Source: a virus
Length of the DNA: 64,000 nt
IMG/VR virus record: IMGVR_UViG_3300050343_000270
Span: 50,402-114,401 of that record
Direction: 5' to 3' (one strand)
Shown here piece by piece: positions 30,993-40,850 of the stretch; within the stretch, counting starts at the first letter, position 1; every line of letters begins with the position of its first letter. Both the position numbers and the translations under genes were made by a program. Below the pieces are notes generated by a model, which was not told the origin of the DNA, ran no database searches, and worked only from the letters and a program-made list of their open reading frames with translations.

Positions 30993-32659
30993 AAAAATAT
31001 TATTGGAACAACAACATATCAAAACAAATCTTAGACAGAGGGTATCTTGAAGGCGAAAGCTTACAGGAGAGAATACTCAGTGTCGGGGAATCTTTTCAGA
31101 AAGACTTTACATCCCGCGCACCCGATAAACATAAGGAAAAGTTTGGTGATTTATGTCAAAAGTTTGAACATTACATGTCTCTTGGTTTTTACTCGCTTTC
31201 TAGCCCTGTTTGGGCTAACTATGGAAGAGCAAGAGGTTTACCTGTTTCTTGTAACGGCGTTTTTGTCCCCGATACAATGGAGGGCATCCTAACGAAACAA
31301 TCAGAGGTCGGTATCCAAACTAAAAATGGAGCAGGAACTTCTGGTTACTTCGGTGATCTTCGCTCTAGAGGTTCATCTATTAGCACTGGAGGCACTTCTA
31401 CAGGATCTGTTCATTTTATGGAGTTGTTTGACAAAGTTACTTCTGTAGTTTCCCAAAGCAGTGTCCGACGAGGATCTTTTGCCGCCTATCTGCCTGTTGA
31501 ACACCCCGACGTAGAAGAGTTTTTGCGCATCAGATCTGACGGTCACCCTATTCAGGACTTATCGTTTGCGGTCACCATCACAGACAAATGGATGGAAGAC
31601 ATGCAAAATGGAGATATTAGCAAGCGTAAAATTTGGGCTAAGATTGTTCAGAAGAAATTTGAGTCTGGATACCCATATCTTTTCTTCCAAGACACGGCAA
31701 ATAAGAATGCGCCCGATGCTTACAAGGATAAGGATATGAAGATATATGCTTCTAACCTGTGTAATGAAATTTCTCTACCCTCCTCTCCAGAAGAGTCGTT
31801 TGTTTGTTGTCTTTCTTCTCTTAATCTGGAGAGGTGGGATGAGATAAAAGAGACCGACGCTGTCGAAACGATGGTTTACTTCCTTGACTCTGTTATGGAA
31901 GAATATATTAACAAAACCAAAGATTTGCCATATATGGAAGCCGACCACAGATTTGCTCGTCGTCACAGGGCTTTAGGAATGGGCGTTCTCGGTTGGCATT
32001 CTTACCTTCAAAGCAACATGATTGCCTTTGAAAGCATGGAAGCTAAATTAAAAAATTCAGAAATATTTAAAACAATCAGGGAGAAAGCAGACAAAGCGAC
32101 AAAGGAACTGGCTGATATTTTTGGAGAACCAGAAGTTCTTGAAGGTTATGGTCGTAGAAATACAACCACTATGGCTGTCGCTCCAACAACCACAAGCTCG
32201 CTTATATTGGGGCAGGTTTCTCAAGGCATTGAACCCACGGTTAATTACTATACAAAGAACTCAGCCAAGGGTAAATTTACAATTAGAAGCCCACACTTGG
32301 AGTCATTATTGGAGTCTAAGGGTAAAAACACGCAAGCTATTTGGAAATCAATATTACATAATGATGGTTCTGTTAAACATTTAGACTTTCTTAGCGATCA
32401 CGAGAAAGATGTGTTCAAGACTTTCGGTGAAATTTCACAAAAAGAAATTGTAATTCAAGCTTCTCAACGTCAAAAGTATATTGACCAAGGTCAGTCTTTA
32501 AATCTCATGATTCACCCCAAGGCTTCACCAAAAGAAGTTAGCGAATTAATGATCCTTGGGTGGGAAATGGGGTTGAAGGGTTTTTACTATCAGCGAAGCA
32601 TGAATCCTAGTCAAGAACTGGCGAGGTCTATCATGAACTGCTCTTCTTGTGAGGGTTAG
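30989..32659 (+). CDS. nrdA: Ribonucleotide reductase alpha subunit (no ATP cone)
   Basis: PVSC, SNLCNEI, VCCLSS, APTTTSS, YY pair, C-terminal CSSCEG. Confidence 0.95.
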   Translation: MKKYYWNNNISKQILDRGYLEGESLQERILSVGESFQKDFTSRAPDKHKEKFGDLCQKFEHYMSLGFYSLSSPVWANYGRARGLPVSCNGVFVPDTMEGILTKQSEVGIQTKNGAGTSGYFGDLRSRGSSISTGGTSTGSVHFMELFDKVTSVVSQSSVRRGSFAAYLPVEHPDVEEFLRIRSDGHPIQDLSFAVTITDKWMEDMQNGDISKRKIWAKIVQKKFESGYPYLFFQDTANKNAPDAYKDKDMKIYASNLCNEISLPSSPEESFVCCLSSLNLERWDEIKETDAVETMVYFLDSVMEEYINKTKDLPYMEADHRFARRHRALGMGVLGWHSYLQSNMIAFESMEAKLKNSEIFKTIREKADKATKELADIFGEPEVLEGYGRRNTTTMAVAPTTTSSLILGQVSQGIEPTVNYYTKNSAKGKFTIRSPHLESLLESKGKNTQAIWKSILHNDGSVKHLDFLSDHEKDVFKTFGEISQKEIVIQASQRQKYIDQGQSLNLMIHPKASPKEVSELMILGWEMGLKGFYYQRSMNPSQELARSIMNCSSCEG

Positions 32660-32700
32660 TTAATTAAGTGCAAAGTAATTATCTTACTTAAAAATTAGAC

Positions 32701-32744
32701 AATCATCACATTCTATGCTAATATAGTGTGTGATGATTTTTTTT
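32701..32744 (+). terminator. Putative terminator after nrdA
   Basis: AATCATCACA...TGTGATGATT stem followed by a T run. Confidence 0.5.
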
Positions 32745-32856
32745 ACGTCAGGTATCATTGCGAGCTTCTTTCTGGAGACACCTTAAAGCACTTAACAGAT
32801 TCTACAACGCCATTTTCTTTTTACGATCCACAAAAAATTTACGCACAACATATAGG

Positions 32857-33720
32857 ATGAAACTTTGGCTAACAGGAATGACTAACGCTGGCAACGGCAA
32901 TCACTTAAAGGAACTCATTGAGCCTATCAAGAAATACTTTGATGGGATGGTGTGGGTTTATCACACCGATCCCTTTGAACAGTCTAAGAACAAAGACTTG
33001 GAAGACGAAGGATATCAATACCTATCTGAGAACTGTGAAGACAATGAGTTAATATGTGTCCCTTGGTGCAATCGAACAGACTTCAGCCGAAACATTGGTC
33101 TTTATCACGGTCCAATAAAATACGGCGACTGGTTTATGACAATTGACACTCTAGAGCGTATGCATTTGGATTTTGCCGAACAACTACCTGATCTTGTTAA
33201 ACGCTTCGATGAAAATCTTATTGATGGAGTATTTTGCCGCAACAAACATTTCCTTTTTAAATTCAACGAGCGCACAGCTTACGTTCAAAACCCTCATAGT
33301 GGGGTTTCTGGTATTACTAACAGTCTTGAAATATCTTCACTTCCTTTTTGGAAAGACGAGTATTGGCAAAATGTACGCCACCTTCACCGCGACAAACATG
33401 AATTTGTTGACCACAATTTAAAATATTATTTATTCCCCAACACTAACCACCTTATCTTAAAGTGTGAACATGACCGCGATTTTATCAATAGAAGATATAC
33501 CATTAGAAAAAAGTTTTTTGATGAGTTGGCTAAGATAGAATTAGATATTCAAGATTTTGAAGCTGTAAAAAATTACATCATTACTGGTGATTTGACAGAT
33601 GTTGTCAAACAATGTATACGCGAAGAGAAATATCTAAATGATGTTTACCGATTCTACAAAGTTGGAGATAAAGATATTGATGATGATTTTGATTTTAATA
33701 ACTTAGTGCCAGTAGGATGA
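32857..33720 (+). CDS. GT2-like glycosyltransferase
   Basis: Start MKLWLTG; WCNRTDFSRN...DWFMTIDTLER...NPHSG pattern of GT-A proteins. Confidence 0.55.
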   Translation: MKLWLTGMTNAGNGNHLKELIEPIKKYFDGMVWVYHTDPFEQSKNKDLEDEGYQYLSENCEDNELICVPWCNRTDFSRNIGLYHGPIKYGDWFMTIDTLERMHLDFAEQLPDLVKRFDENLIDGVFCRNKHFLFKFNERTAYVQNPHSGVSGITNSLEISSLPFWKDEYWQNVRHLHRDKHEFVDHNLKYYLFPNTNHLILKCEHDRDFINRRYTIRKKFFDELAKIELDIQDFEAVKNYIITGDLTDVVKQCIREEKYLNDVYRFYKVGDKDIDDDFDFNNLVPVG

Positions 33721-34625
33721 TTTTATCGGATGAACAGAGGATATCCTACTACCTAGGACATCAAAATTTAAACTTCAAAGAAGAACCTTTTGACTTCTCG
33801 CCTCACGAATTGTTTGACCATCCATTTTGTGTTGATGCTCGAAATAAACAATGCCTGTCTAGAGCGCACTATGACCCTGACATAATAAAATACGTCAGTC
33901 TAAACAACCTAGAAAAGCTTTGGTTTTGCTGTGGAGATAAACCTTATACTGGAGTCAACTACCCTGTTCTAGTTAAAACTCGCGACACTTTCAATAAATT
34001 AAGTAAGGGAGTTATTGCTAACTTAAATAGCGGTAGACACTGGAATTTAGATCTTTCTCAAGACATTGACTGGCATGATAAAAAAAACGAAGTTTTCTGG
34101 AGGGGCGCGGACACAGGACACAATATTCATTGCAATGACCGCATAGGTTTTGTTTCTAAATACTTTTCAGAACACGATGTTGCATTTTCCGACTATTCTC
34201 AAAACTACAAGTCTGCACCATACCTGTATAAAAATGAATGGCTAAAGGGATTTTGCACAAGGCAGGACTTTTTAAAGAGAAAGTTTTTGCCAATTCTCGA
34301 CGGCAACGATAAGTCCTCTTCTCTTAATTGGATACTAGCTTCTAACTCTGTCCCCATAATGCCCAAGCCTAGATTTCACTCTTGGCTTTGCGAAGATTTC
34401 CTAGAAGACGGGGTTCACTATATAGAGGTTCAACCAGACTTCTCTGATCTTAATATTGTTTTAGATTGGTGTCGCGAAAACGACGAAGAATGCGAATCTA
34501 TTGCAAAAAACGGTGCTAAGTTTATTTCAGAAAACTTTACTAATCAAGAAACAGAAACTCGCATAATTAAATCTTTACTTGAATTTATTCGTTCTGGTTT
34601 GTATGATATTAAAAACAAGGGATAA
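33717..34625 (+). CDS. GT90 (CAP10-like) glycosyltransferase
   Basis: WHDKKNEVFWRGADTG; ILDGNDKSSSLNWILASNS; VHYIEVQPDFSDL...IAKNG. Confidence 0.8.
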   Translation: MILSDEQRISYYLGHQNLNFKEEPFDFSPHELFDHPFCVDARNKQCLSRAHYDPDIIKYVSLNNLEKLWFCCGDKPYTGVNYPVLVKTRDTFNKLSKGVIANLNSGRHWNLDLSQDIDWHDKKNEVFWRGADTGHNIHCNDRIGFVSKYFSEHDVAFSDYSQNYKSAPYLYKNEWLKGFCTRQDFLKRKFLPILDGNDKSSSLNWILASNSVPIMPKPRFHSWLCEDFLEDGVHYIEVQPDFSDLNIVLDWCRENDEECESIAKNGAKFISENFTNQETETRIIKSLLEFIRSGLYDIKNKG

Positions 34626-35665
34626 TGAAAAAAGTAATAATCACAGGGGTAACAGGTCAAGATGGAAGCCATATGGTTGACTATTTGTTAGCAAATACGG
34701 ACATCGATATTATTGCTGGCGTCCGCCGACTCTCAGTTAAAAACCATGAGAATATAAAACACTTGGTTAATAACGACCGCTTTAAACTGATTGACCTAGA
34801 CATTACAGATCAATCCAATGTTGATCGTGTTATCTCGGATGAGAAACCCGATTACTTTATCAACTTTGCGGCAAACTCTTTTGTTGGTGTTAGCTGGGAC
34901 ATGCCAGAAAACCACATGAATACAAACTGCATGGCAGTCCTGTATCAGCTTGAGGCTATTCGCAAGCACTGTCCAGAGTGTAGGTATTACAATGCTGGCT
35001 CGTCCGAGGAGTTTGGAGACGTTGCATTCTCTCCGCAAGACGAGACTCACCCTCTGCGACCAAGAAGCCCATACGGAGCTTCTAAGGCTTCCGCAAGGCA
35101 TCTGGTAAAGGTGTGGCGGGAAAGTTACAATTTATACGCCATCCAAGGATGGTTATTCAATCACGAGGGAACAAGGAGGGGCGAGGAGTTTCTTACTCGC
35201 AAAGTGACTAAAGGCGTGGCTAACATTATAAAAGAGATCAGGGAGGGTAAAGAAATCACGCCATTGCAACTTGGTAATCTAGATGCAAAACGAGACTGGT
35301 CGGACGCTGAAGATTTCGTTGACGGCATTTGGAAGATGTTACATCAAACAGCAAACTCTTATGAAGATTTAAGTGAATACGTTCTAGCATCTGGTGAGAC
35401 ATATTCCATTCGGGATTTTGTTGAAGCGGCTTTTGGCTTTGCTGGTTTCGGCGCTGAAAAGTGTCGTTGGGAGGGTCAAGGTCTGGATCAAAAATACATT
35501 CACGGAGATCAGGTGCTTGTAACAATCAATCCAAAATACTATCGACCAGCAGAAGTTTCATTATTGCTGGGTGATCCCACAAGAGCAGAAGAAGAGCTTA
35601 AATGGGTTAGAAAAACAGACTTTTATGGTCTTGTCATAAAAATGCTTAATAAAGACTTATCATGA
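34625..35665 (+). CDS. gmd: GDP-mannose 4,6-dehydratase
   Basis: ITGVTGQDGS, SSEEFG, PRSPYGASK, FNHEG.RRGEEF, LGNLDAKRDW, YYRPAEV. Confidence 0.95.
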   Translation: MKKVIITGVTGQDGSHMVDYLLANTDIDIIAGVRRLSVKNHENIKHLVNNDRFKLIDLDITDQSNVDRVISDEKPDYFINFAANSFVGVSWDMPENHMNTNCMAVLYQLEAIRKHCPECRYYNAGSSEEFGDVAFSPQDETHPLRPRSPYGASKASARHLVKVWRESYNLYAIQGWLFNHEGTRRGEEFLTRKVTKGVANIIKEIREGKEITPLQLGNLDAKRDWSDAEDFVDGIWKMLHQTANSYEDLSEYVLASGETYSIRDFVEAAFGFAGFGAEKCRWEGQGLDQKYIHGDQVLVTINPKYYRPAEVSLLLGDPTRAEEELKWVRKTDFYGLVIKMLNKDLS

Positions 35666-35931
35666 AAACAATACTAATTTTGCCTTTATTTTTGTTAGTT
35701 TCTTGTGCAAGCACTAAATTTTATCAAGATGGAAAGCTGATTGCTAAATTTAATGCAGATATGGATCAAGTTCAGTATATACAAGGCGCTGATGGATCAA
35801 TAACATGGACAGCAATATCTGTTGATCACTCAACTGCAACCAAGGCGCAGGGCGAAGCCTTTTCTAATAAAACAACGGCTATTGGATCTGCTGTCGCGGC
35901 ATCAGGAGTGGTTGGTATACTTTTGAGATAA
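35662..35931 (+). CDS. Small lipoprotein (possible u-spanin)
   Basis: Signal peptide with lipobox LVSC; hydrophobic C-terminus. Confidence 0.55.
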   Translation: MKTILILPLFLLVSCASTKFYQDGKLIAKFNADMDQVQYIQGADGSITWTAISVDHSTATKAQGEAFSNKTTAIGSAVAASGVVGILLR

Positions 35932-35984
35932 AGTAAACAAACCCCTCTTAACAGAGAACAGGTTTTTAAATTTGCAAAAACATG

Positions 35985-36013
35985 TTGACAAATTTTTCAA
36001 TTTGGCACATAAT
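35985..36013 (+). promoter_or_regulatory. Sigma70-type promoter of the replication operon
   Basis: TTGACA-17 nt-CATAAT, 8 nt before ATG 36022. Confidence 0.75.
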
Positions 36014-36021
36014 ACTTATGT

Positions 36022-36480
36022 ATGCCAAGAGGTCAAAAAGAATGTCCCAAATGCAAGCGGTTGATTGGTGCTAGATCCTCAACCTGCAAGCATTGCGGAG
36101 AGGTTATAAAAGCCGCCAAACCCAGAAAAAAAGCGAACCCTTTCTATAGAGAGCGTTTGGCTTTTATTCGTCGAATGCTTGGTGGAGAAAAATCAACTAA
36201 TTTCCGCCTAGATATAACCATTGCAACAAACATATTTACTTTGTTTGACAATGATATTGATTTCTTGTCAAAGGTTAAACCGCCATTTAAATTCTCTGGC
36301 GGCATAACTTACCTACGCTCCAAAGCGGGTAGAGATTATTTAACCAAAAAGCATAGAGAATTTTATTACAATCCAGAAAACAAAGAAATATTTGTGGAAG
36401 GTTCGGATAAAATCGGAGAAGATATAGTAAAGCCTAGAATTAGATCAATTAGAAAATTTTTAAATGAGCGTGAAAACTAA
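36022..36480 (+). CDS. Zinc-ribbon protein
   Basis: N-terminal CPKC...CKHC. Confidence 0.6.
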   Translation: MPRGQKECPKCKRLIGARSSTCKHCGEVIKAAKPRKKANPFYRERLAFIRRMLGGEKSTNFRLDITIATNIFTLFDNDIDFLSKVKPPFKFSGGITYLRSKAGRDYLTKKHREFYYNPENKEIFVEGSDKIGEDIVKPRIRSIRKFLNEREN

Positions 36481-37603
36481 AAAACAAGAAAAGACAAAAG
36501 TAGATGTTCGTGATTTCGCAAGTGGATTCATGAAGAGTAATAAAGAACACCATTTGAACTTTGAAGAATCCATTGCAGAGGATGACTTCATTTCCAGTGG
36601 TTCTATGATTATGGATTCAGAAATTGGCGGCGGATTCCTCGCTGGCTTACTTCGTTTCTGTGGCGGTAATGAGTGCGGTAAAACAAGTGAAGCATTACAA
36701 GTTATGTATGAAATGCTTAATACTCAAGAAAATTCAAGAGGTTTATTTATTCAAGCCGAAGGTAGACTTGGTAAAAAAATGAAGGCTCGATCTGGAGTTA
36801 AGTTTGTTTATGATATAGCAGAATGGGTTGACGGCACATGTTTTGTTCTACAATCAAACATTTACGATTTTGTTTTTGATTTCATTCGCGGAATAATGTC
36901 AAACAACCCAAATAAAACTCGGTTTTGTATGATTATCGACAGCATGGATAGTTTAATCCCGAAAGATGATGCTAAGAAAAGCACAAGTGAGGCTAACAAG
37001 GTCGCTGGAGGAGCGTTACTGTCTTCCGATTTTCTTCGTCGTGTTAGCTTGGGTATGGGTAAGTTCGGTCATCTTTGCATCTTGATTTCTCAAGTCCGTT
37101 CGACCATTAAGGGTCAATACGAAAGCCTTGATCCGAACAGCACTACCAGTGCTTCAGGCGCTCATGCTCTATCTCATTACCCTAATTGGGTTTTTGAATT
37201 TGAGCGTCAGTTCCAAAAAGATAAAATTCTTGAGAAACCAGATCAACAAATGAGCGACACCAATAAAGGTATTGGACATTACGTTAAAGCGAGAGTAAGA
37301 AAGTCTGACAATGAAACCACGGGTCGCTTAATTAAGTATCCAATAAAATATGGACGTAATGGAGGCAAGAGTGTCTGGATTGAGCGTGAGATTGTAGACC
37401 TACTTCTTTCTTGGGGTTTCTTTTCTAAGAGCGGATCTTGGTTTGCTGTTGAAGAAGAGCTTTCTGAATACATTAAATCGGGCGGCTTTGAATTTCCAGA
37501 TAAGATTCAAGGAATGAATAAGATATATACCATCCTAGAGGATAGTGAAAAATTGACTTTGCATTTGCGCAAGTTTGTTGAAAAAAATATCTTAAGTGCA
37601 TGA
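36464..37603 (+). CDS. recA: RecA-like recombinase
   Basis: ISSGS..MD..IGGG, GGNECGKT, IIDSMDSL, ISQVR, SGAHALSHY, KSGSWF. Confidence 0.88.
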   Translation: MSVKTKKQEKTKVDVRDFASGFMKSNKEHHLNFEESIAEDDFISSGSMIMDSEIGGGFLAGLLRFCGGNECGKTSEALQVMYEMLNTQENSRGLFIQAEGRLGKKMKARSGVKFVYDIAEWVDGTCFVLQSNIYDFVFDFIRGIMSNNPNKTRFCMIIDSMDSLIPKDDAKKSTSEANKVAGGALLSSDFLRRVSLGMGKFGHLCILISQVRSTIKGQYESLDPNSTTSASGAHALSHYPNWVFEFERQFQKDKILEKPDQQMSDTNKGIGHYVKARVRKSDNETTGRLIKYPIKYGRNGGKSVWIEREIVDLLLSWGFFSKSGSWFAVEEELSEYIKSGGFEFPDKIQGMNKIYTILEDSEKLTLHLRKFVEKNILSA

Positions 37604-38007
37604 TTTTTTACACATCATACGGTGCTAAAAAAAAGCTACCTAGCTCTCATAAATATAAAATTGATTGGGAGTTGGGTAGCAGAAGCAAGCTACAGAAGAG
37701 TGTAAAAGATTTATTACAACCTCATTGGTTTTGTGACATGGTCTTCGAGGAACTGCCTGTTGTTGGCACTAGAATGACTATAGATTTTTATAATGCTTCT
37801 AGGAAGATTGCTCTTGAAGTTGACGGAGAGCAACATTATAAATACAACAAACATTTTCATGGTAAATCCAAGCAAAATTATTTAAAGCAACTGTGCAGGG
37901 ATAACGAGAAAGAAGTTTATTGTGAAAAAAACAACATCACCATGATTAGAGTCTTGCAATGTGATTCAATATCGACAGAATTACTTAAAGAATTAGGAGC
38001 AATATGA
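37600..38007 (+). CDS. DUF559/Vsr-like endonuclease
   Basis: IDFYNASRKIALEVDGEQH...RDNEKEVYC...MIRV. Confidence 0.75.
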   Translation: MIFYTSYGAKKKLPSSHKYKIDWELGSRSKLQKSVKDLLQPHWFCDMVFEELPVVGTRMTIDFYNASRKIALEVDGEQHYKYNKHFHGKSKQNYLKQLCRDNEKEVYCEKNNITMIRVLQCDSISTELLKELGAI

Positions 38008-38228
38008 CAGGAGAAATAATAGAAGAAGAAGAACTCAAAATACCAGTTTCAATCATAAGCAAACTTTATGATTCAACAGGCTCTGAAGATGGGGCGAACA
38101 AAGGTTATTTTTTATTTTATATAAATGAAGATGGTCAACCGACTTTGACAAGCAGAATGTCTAATGCATGTGTTAAAATAGCTTTAGAAAAAACAATACA
38201 AATATACTCCGAACAAACAGCAGAATGA
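38004..38228 (+). CDS. Hypothetical protein
   Basis: ATGA-coupled on both sides. Confidence 0.6.
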   Translation: MTGEIIEEEELKIPVSIISKLYDSTGSEDGANKGYFLFYINEDGQPTLTSRMSNACVKIALEKTIQIYSEQTAE

Positions 38229-39787
38229 TTTACTCCTTTGACATAGAAAAGAAAGTCCTAAGTGGATTACTACAGCATCAGCACAAGTGGGAAGAAATAG
38301 CCTCACTTATTACAGATGATGACTTTTATAGTGAAGACTCTAAAGTTAACATCTCTATATTCAAGTTGATCCGAGCATCTCTCAATAAAGGTGAGGCAAT
38401 TGACGATACGATTCTCATTGAAAAAATGAAAGGTCTCAGCGTTAGTTTTCCAGATAATATTGAAATTAGTGAATTCATTCACTCTCTCGCTTACTTTAAA
38501 ATAACAGAAGATGTATTTCTAACCTGTGTTGCAGAACTCAAGAAAAAGTCGCTCTGCCGAACAATTTACGACTCATGTTCTAAAACAGCAAAGTTTGTGA
38601 AAAAGGTAGACCCTACAATGGGCTATCAAGATATTCTTGATAAAGCCGATAATATCTACAACAAAGATCTTCAAAACTTTGAAGCGGGCAACTCTAATGT
38701 TGTTGATCTTTTTGAAATCATGGAAGACATGATTGAGGAGCGCGGAAACAACCCTCAAGAAGAATTTGGCTTAACAGGTCCACATAGGCGTATCAATGAA
38801 ATTTATGGACCTATTTTGCGAGCAGGTAACATTACTGTTATTGTAGCTAGATCTGGTCAAGGTAAGACCAGTTTAGCTTTAGACTATTGCACCCGAACAG
38901 GTGCGGAGCATGGAGTTCCAGTGGTTCATTTCGATAATGGGGAAATGAGCGAAGAGGAACTTATTATGCGCCAATGTTCTGCAATGAGTGGTGTCCCTAT
39001 GTGGCTTCTTGAGACTGGAAAATGGCGAACTACTGGTTATAACAACTGGAGTGCAGAAGATGTTGTCAGAAAGGTTCGTGAAACATTCAAAAAAATCAAA
39101 GAAGGTCATGGCATGAAGCTTTATTATGTGAATGTTGCTGGAATGGATGCTGACGAAATGTGTTCTCAACTCAAGCGTATTTATTATTCTAAGATCGGTC
39201 GAGGTAACGAGATGATCTTCAGTTTCGACTACATCAAGACAGATTTTGCCAACATGGGTAAAAATGATGGTTGGGCGCAAGTGGCTTATATGGTTCACAA
39301 GTTCAAGCAAACTATTCATCGTGACCTGTGTTTTGACGGCGAGCCTTGTGTGTCAATGCTTACATCTGTTCAATCAAACCGACTTGGCATAACAACCAAC
39401 CGTGGCGTAGAGAGTATTGTCGATGACGAAAGTGTTGTCTCTCTGTCTGATGCAATTACTCATTTTTGTTCTTGGCTTTTCCTTTTAAGACAGAAGGTTG
39501 TAGATGAAATCACTGAGGATGGAGAGCAATTTGGGACTCATAAGCTTGTTCCTTTGAAGGCTCGACATTTAGGTAAGGATGCTTTGCGTCACATAAATCC
39601 TGTAAATATGCCAGACGGGACAAGTAAACGTAATTTCATCAACCTTAAAATTAACAACTTCGCGGTTGAGGAATGTGGAGATCTACAAGATATAGCTAAT
39701 TTCCGCAATGGCGTATCTCTTGAACCAAACTCAACCACTCCAGAAGAGGACACAAGTCTACCAGAAATACTGCGCGGCGATGCATAA
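38225..39787 (+). CDS. dnaB: DnaB-like replicative helicase
   Basis: N-domain EKKVLSGLL...DFY; ARSGQGKT; NGEMSEEEL; FDYIK; QSNR; KARH. Confidence 0.9.
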   Translation: MIYSFDIEKKVLSGLLQHQHKWEEIASLITDDDFYSEDSKVNISIFKLIRASLNKGEAIDDTILIEKMKGLSVSFPDNIEISEFIHSLAYFKITEDVFLTCVAELKKKSLCRTIYDSCSKTAKFVKKVDPTMGYQDILDKADNIYNKDLQNFEAGNSNVVDLFEIMEDMIEERGNNPQEEFGLTGPHRRINEIYGPILRAGNITVIVARSGQGKTSLALDYCTRTGAEHGVPVVHFDNGEMSEEELIMRQCSAMSGVPMWLLETGKWRTTGYNNWSAEDVVRKVRETFKKIKEGHGMKLYYVNVAGMDADEMCSQLKRIYYSKIGRGNEMIFSFDYIKTDFANMGKNDGWAQVAYMVHKFKQTIHRDLCFDGEPCVSMLTSVQSNRLGITTNRGVESIVDDESVVSLSDAITHFCSWLFLLRQKVVDEITEDGEQFGTHKLVPLKARHLGKDALRHINPVNMPDGTSKRNFINLKINNFAVEECGDLQDIANFRNGVSLEPNSTTPEEDTSLPEILRGDA

Positions 39788-40850
39788 CATACAAGAAATA
39801 CTTCAAAACCTTGGATACAAACTCAAAGACTGTGGCGCTTATTGGCAGACAAACGCTCTTTATAGAGGGGGAGACAATCCAACAGCACTTCAAATCTACA
39901 AAGATAGTGGAGTATGGAAGGACTTTGTTGAAGACACAATGTATTTACCCATCGATGCTCTAATAGAACAAACTATAGGCTGTAAAGATTCTGTTGAAGT
40001 TAAGAAGTATTTAAGCAACGCGAGGAATTTAATCAATAAAACTCATCAACCCAAGAAACATCTTTTGAACGAAGAAAAAAGCTATTCAATCACTTGCTTG
40101 CAAAAACTTTTGCCGCAATACGATTTATACCAAAAAATAAATCCAAAGATATCAGAAAAAACTCTTAAAATATTTAAGAGTGGGCTGGCTACTTCTGGAA
40201 AAATGTATCGTCGGTTTGTATTCCCCATCGTTAGATCTGATGGAAGGGTTCATGGATTTTCTGGTCGAAAGGCTGTGGACTTTGATGCCCCAAAATGGAT
40301 TCATATGGGTAAGAAAAACACTTGGTTTTATCCTTACCATCTTGATAGATCTATTCCATCTTCTATAGAATCAAGTAAGTCAGTTCATATTGTAGAATCT
40401 ATTGGCGATTGCCTTTCTTTATATCAAGAGGGGATTCACAACAGCCTTGTTTCTTTCGGCGTTAGCCTATCTCCTAAATTTGTTTCTCGTCTATCAACAC
40501 TTGGGTTAGAGAGGATTTACATTTCTTTTAACAACGACTTTGATAGCGAAAAGAATGCGGGATTTGAAGGTGCTATAAAATCTATTTTCAAACTTCTTGA
40601 GTCTGTAGATTTTGAAATGATTTTCTTTGTCCCCCCTCACGAAAATGATTTTGGAGAAATGAGTTCGGAGGATATAAAATTATACAAGACTAGGTGTGAA
40701 TCTCATGATCACAAGTCCTCTTGTGAGGCTGTAATATCAATTGCTCAAAATATGCACAATGCCTATGCTAAGAAGCGGCAGGGTGGAAACAAGGCTTTTG
40801 CCAAGAGTTTGGCTAAGTTCAAAAAACTATATAAATTTCATTATGACTAA
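39780..40850 (+). CDS. dnaG: DnaG-like primase
   Basis: Start MHNIQE; RRFVFPI...GFSGR...PKW; TOPRIM IVESIGDCLSL, FNND. Confidence 0.82.
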   Translation: MHNIQEILQNLGYKLKDCGAYWQTNALYRGGDNPTALQIYKDSGVWKDFVEDTMYLPIDALIEQTIGCKDSVEVKKYLSNARNLINKTHQPKKHLLNEEKSYSITCLQKLLPQYDLYQKINPKISEKTLKIFKSGLATSGKMYRRFVFPIVRSDGRVHGFSGRKAVDFDAPKWIHMGKKNTWFYPYHLDRSIPSSIESSKSVHIVESIGDCLSLYQEGIHNSLVSFGVSLSPKFVSRLSTLGLERIYISFNNDFDSEKNAGFEGAIKSIFKLLESVDFEMIFFVPPHENDFGEMSSEDIKLYKTRCESHDHKSSCEAVISIAQNMHNAYAKKRQGGNKAFAKSLAKFKKLYKFHYD

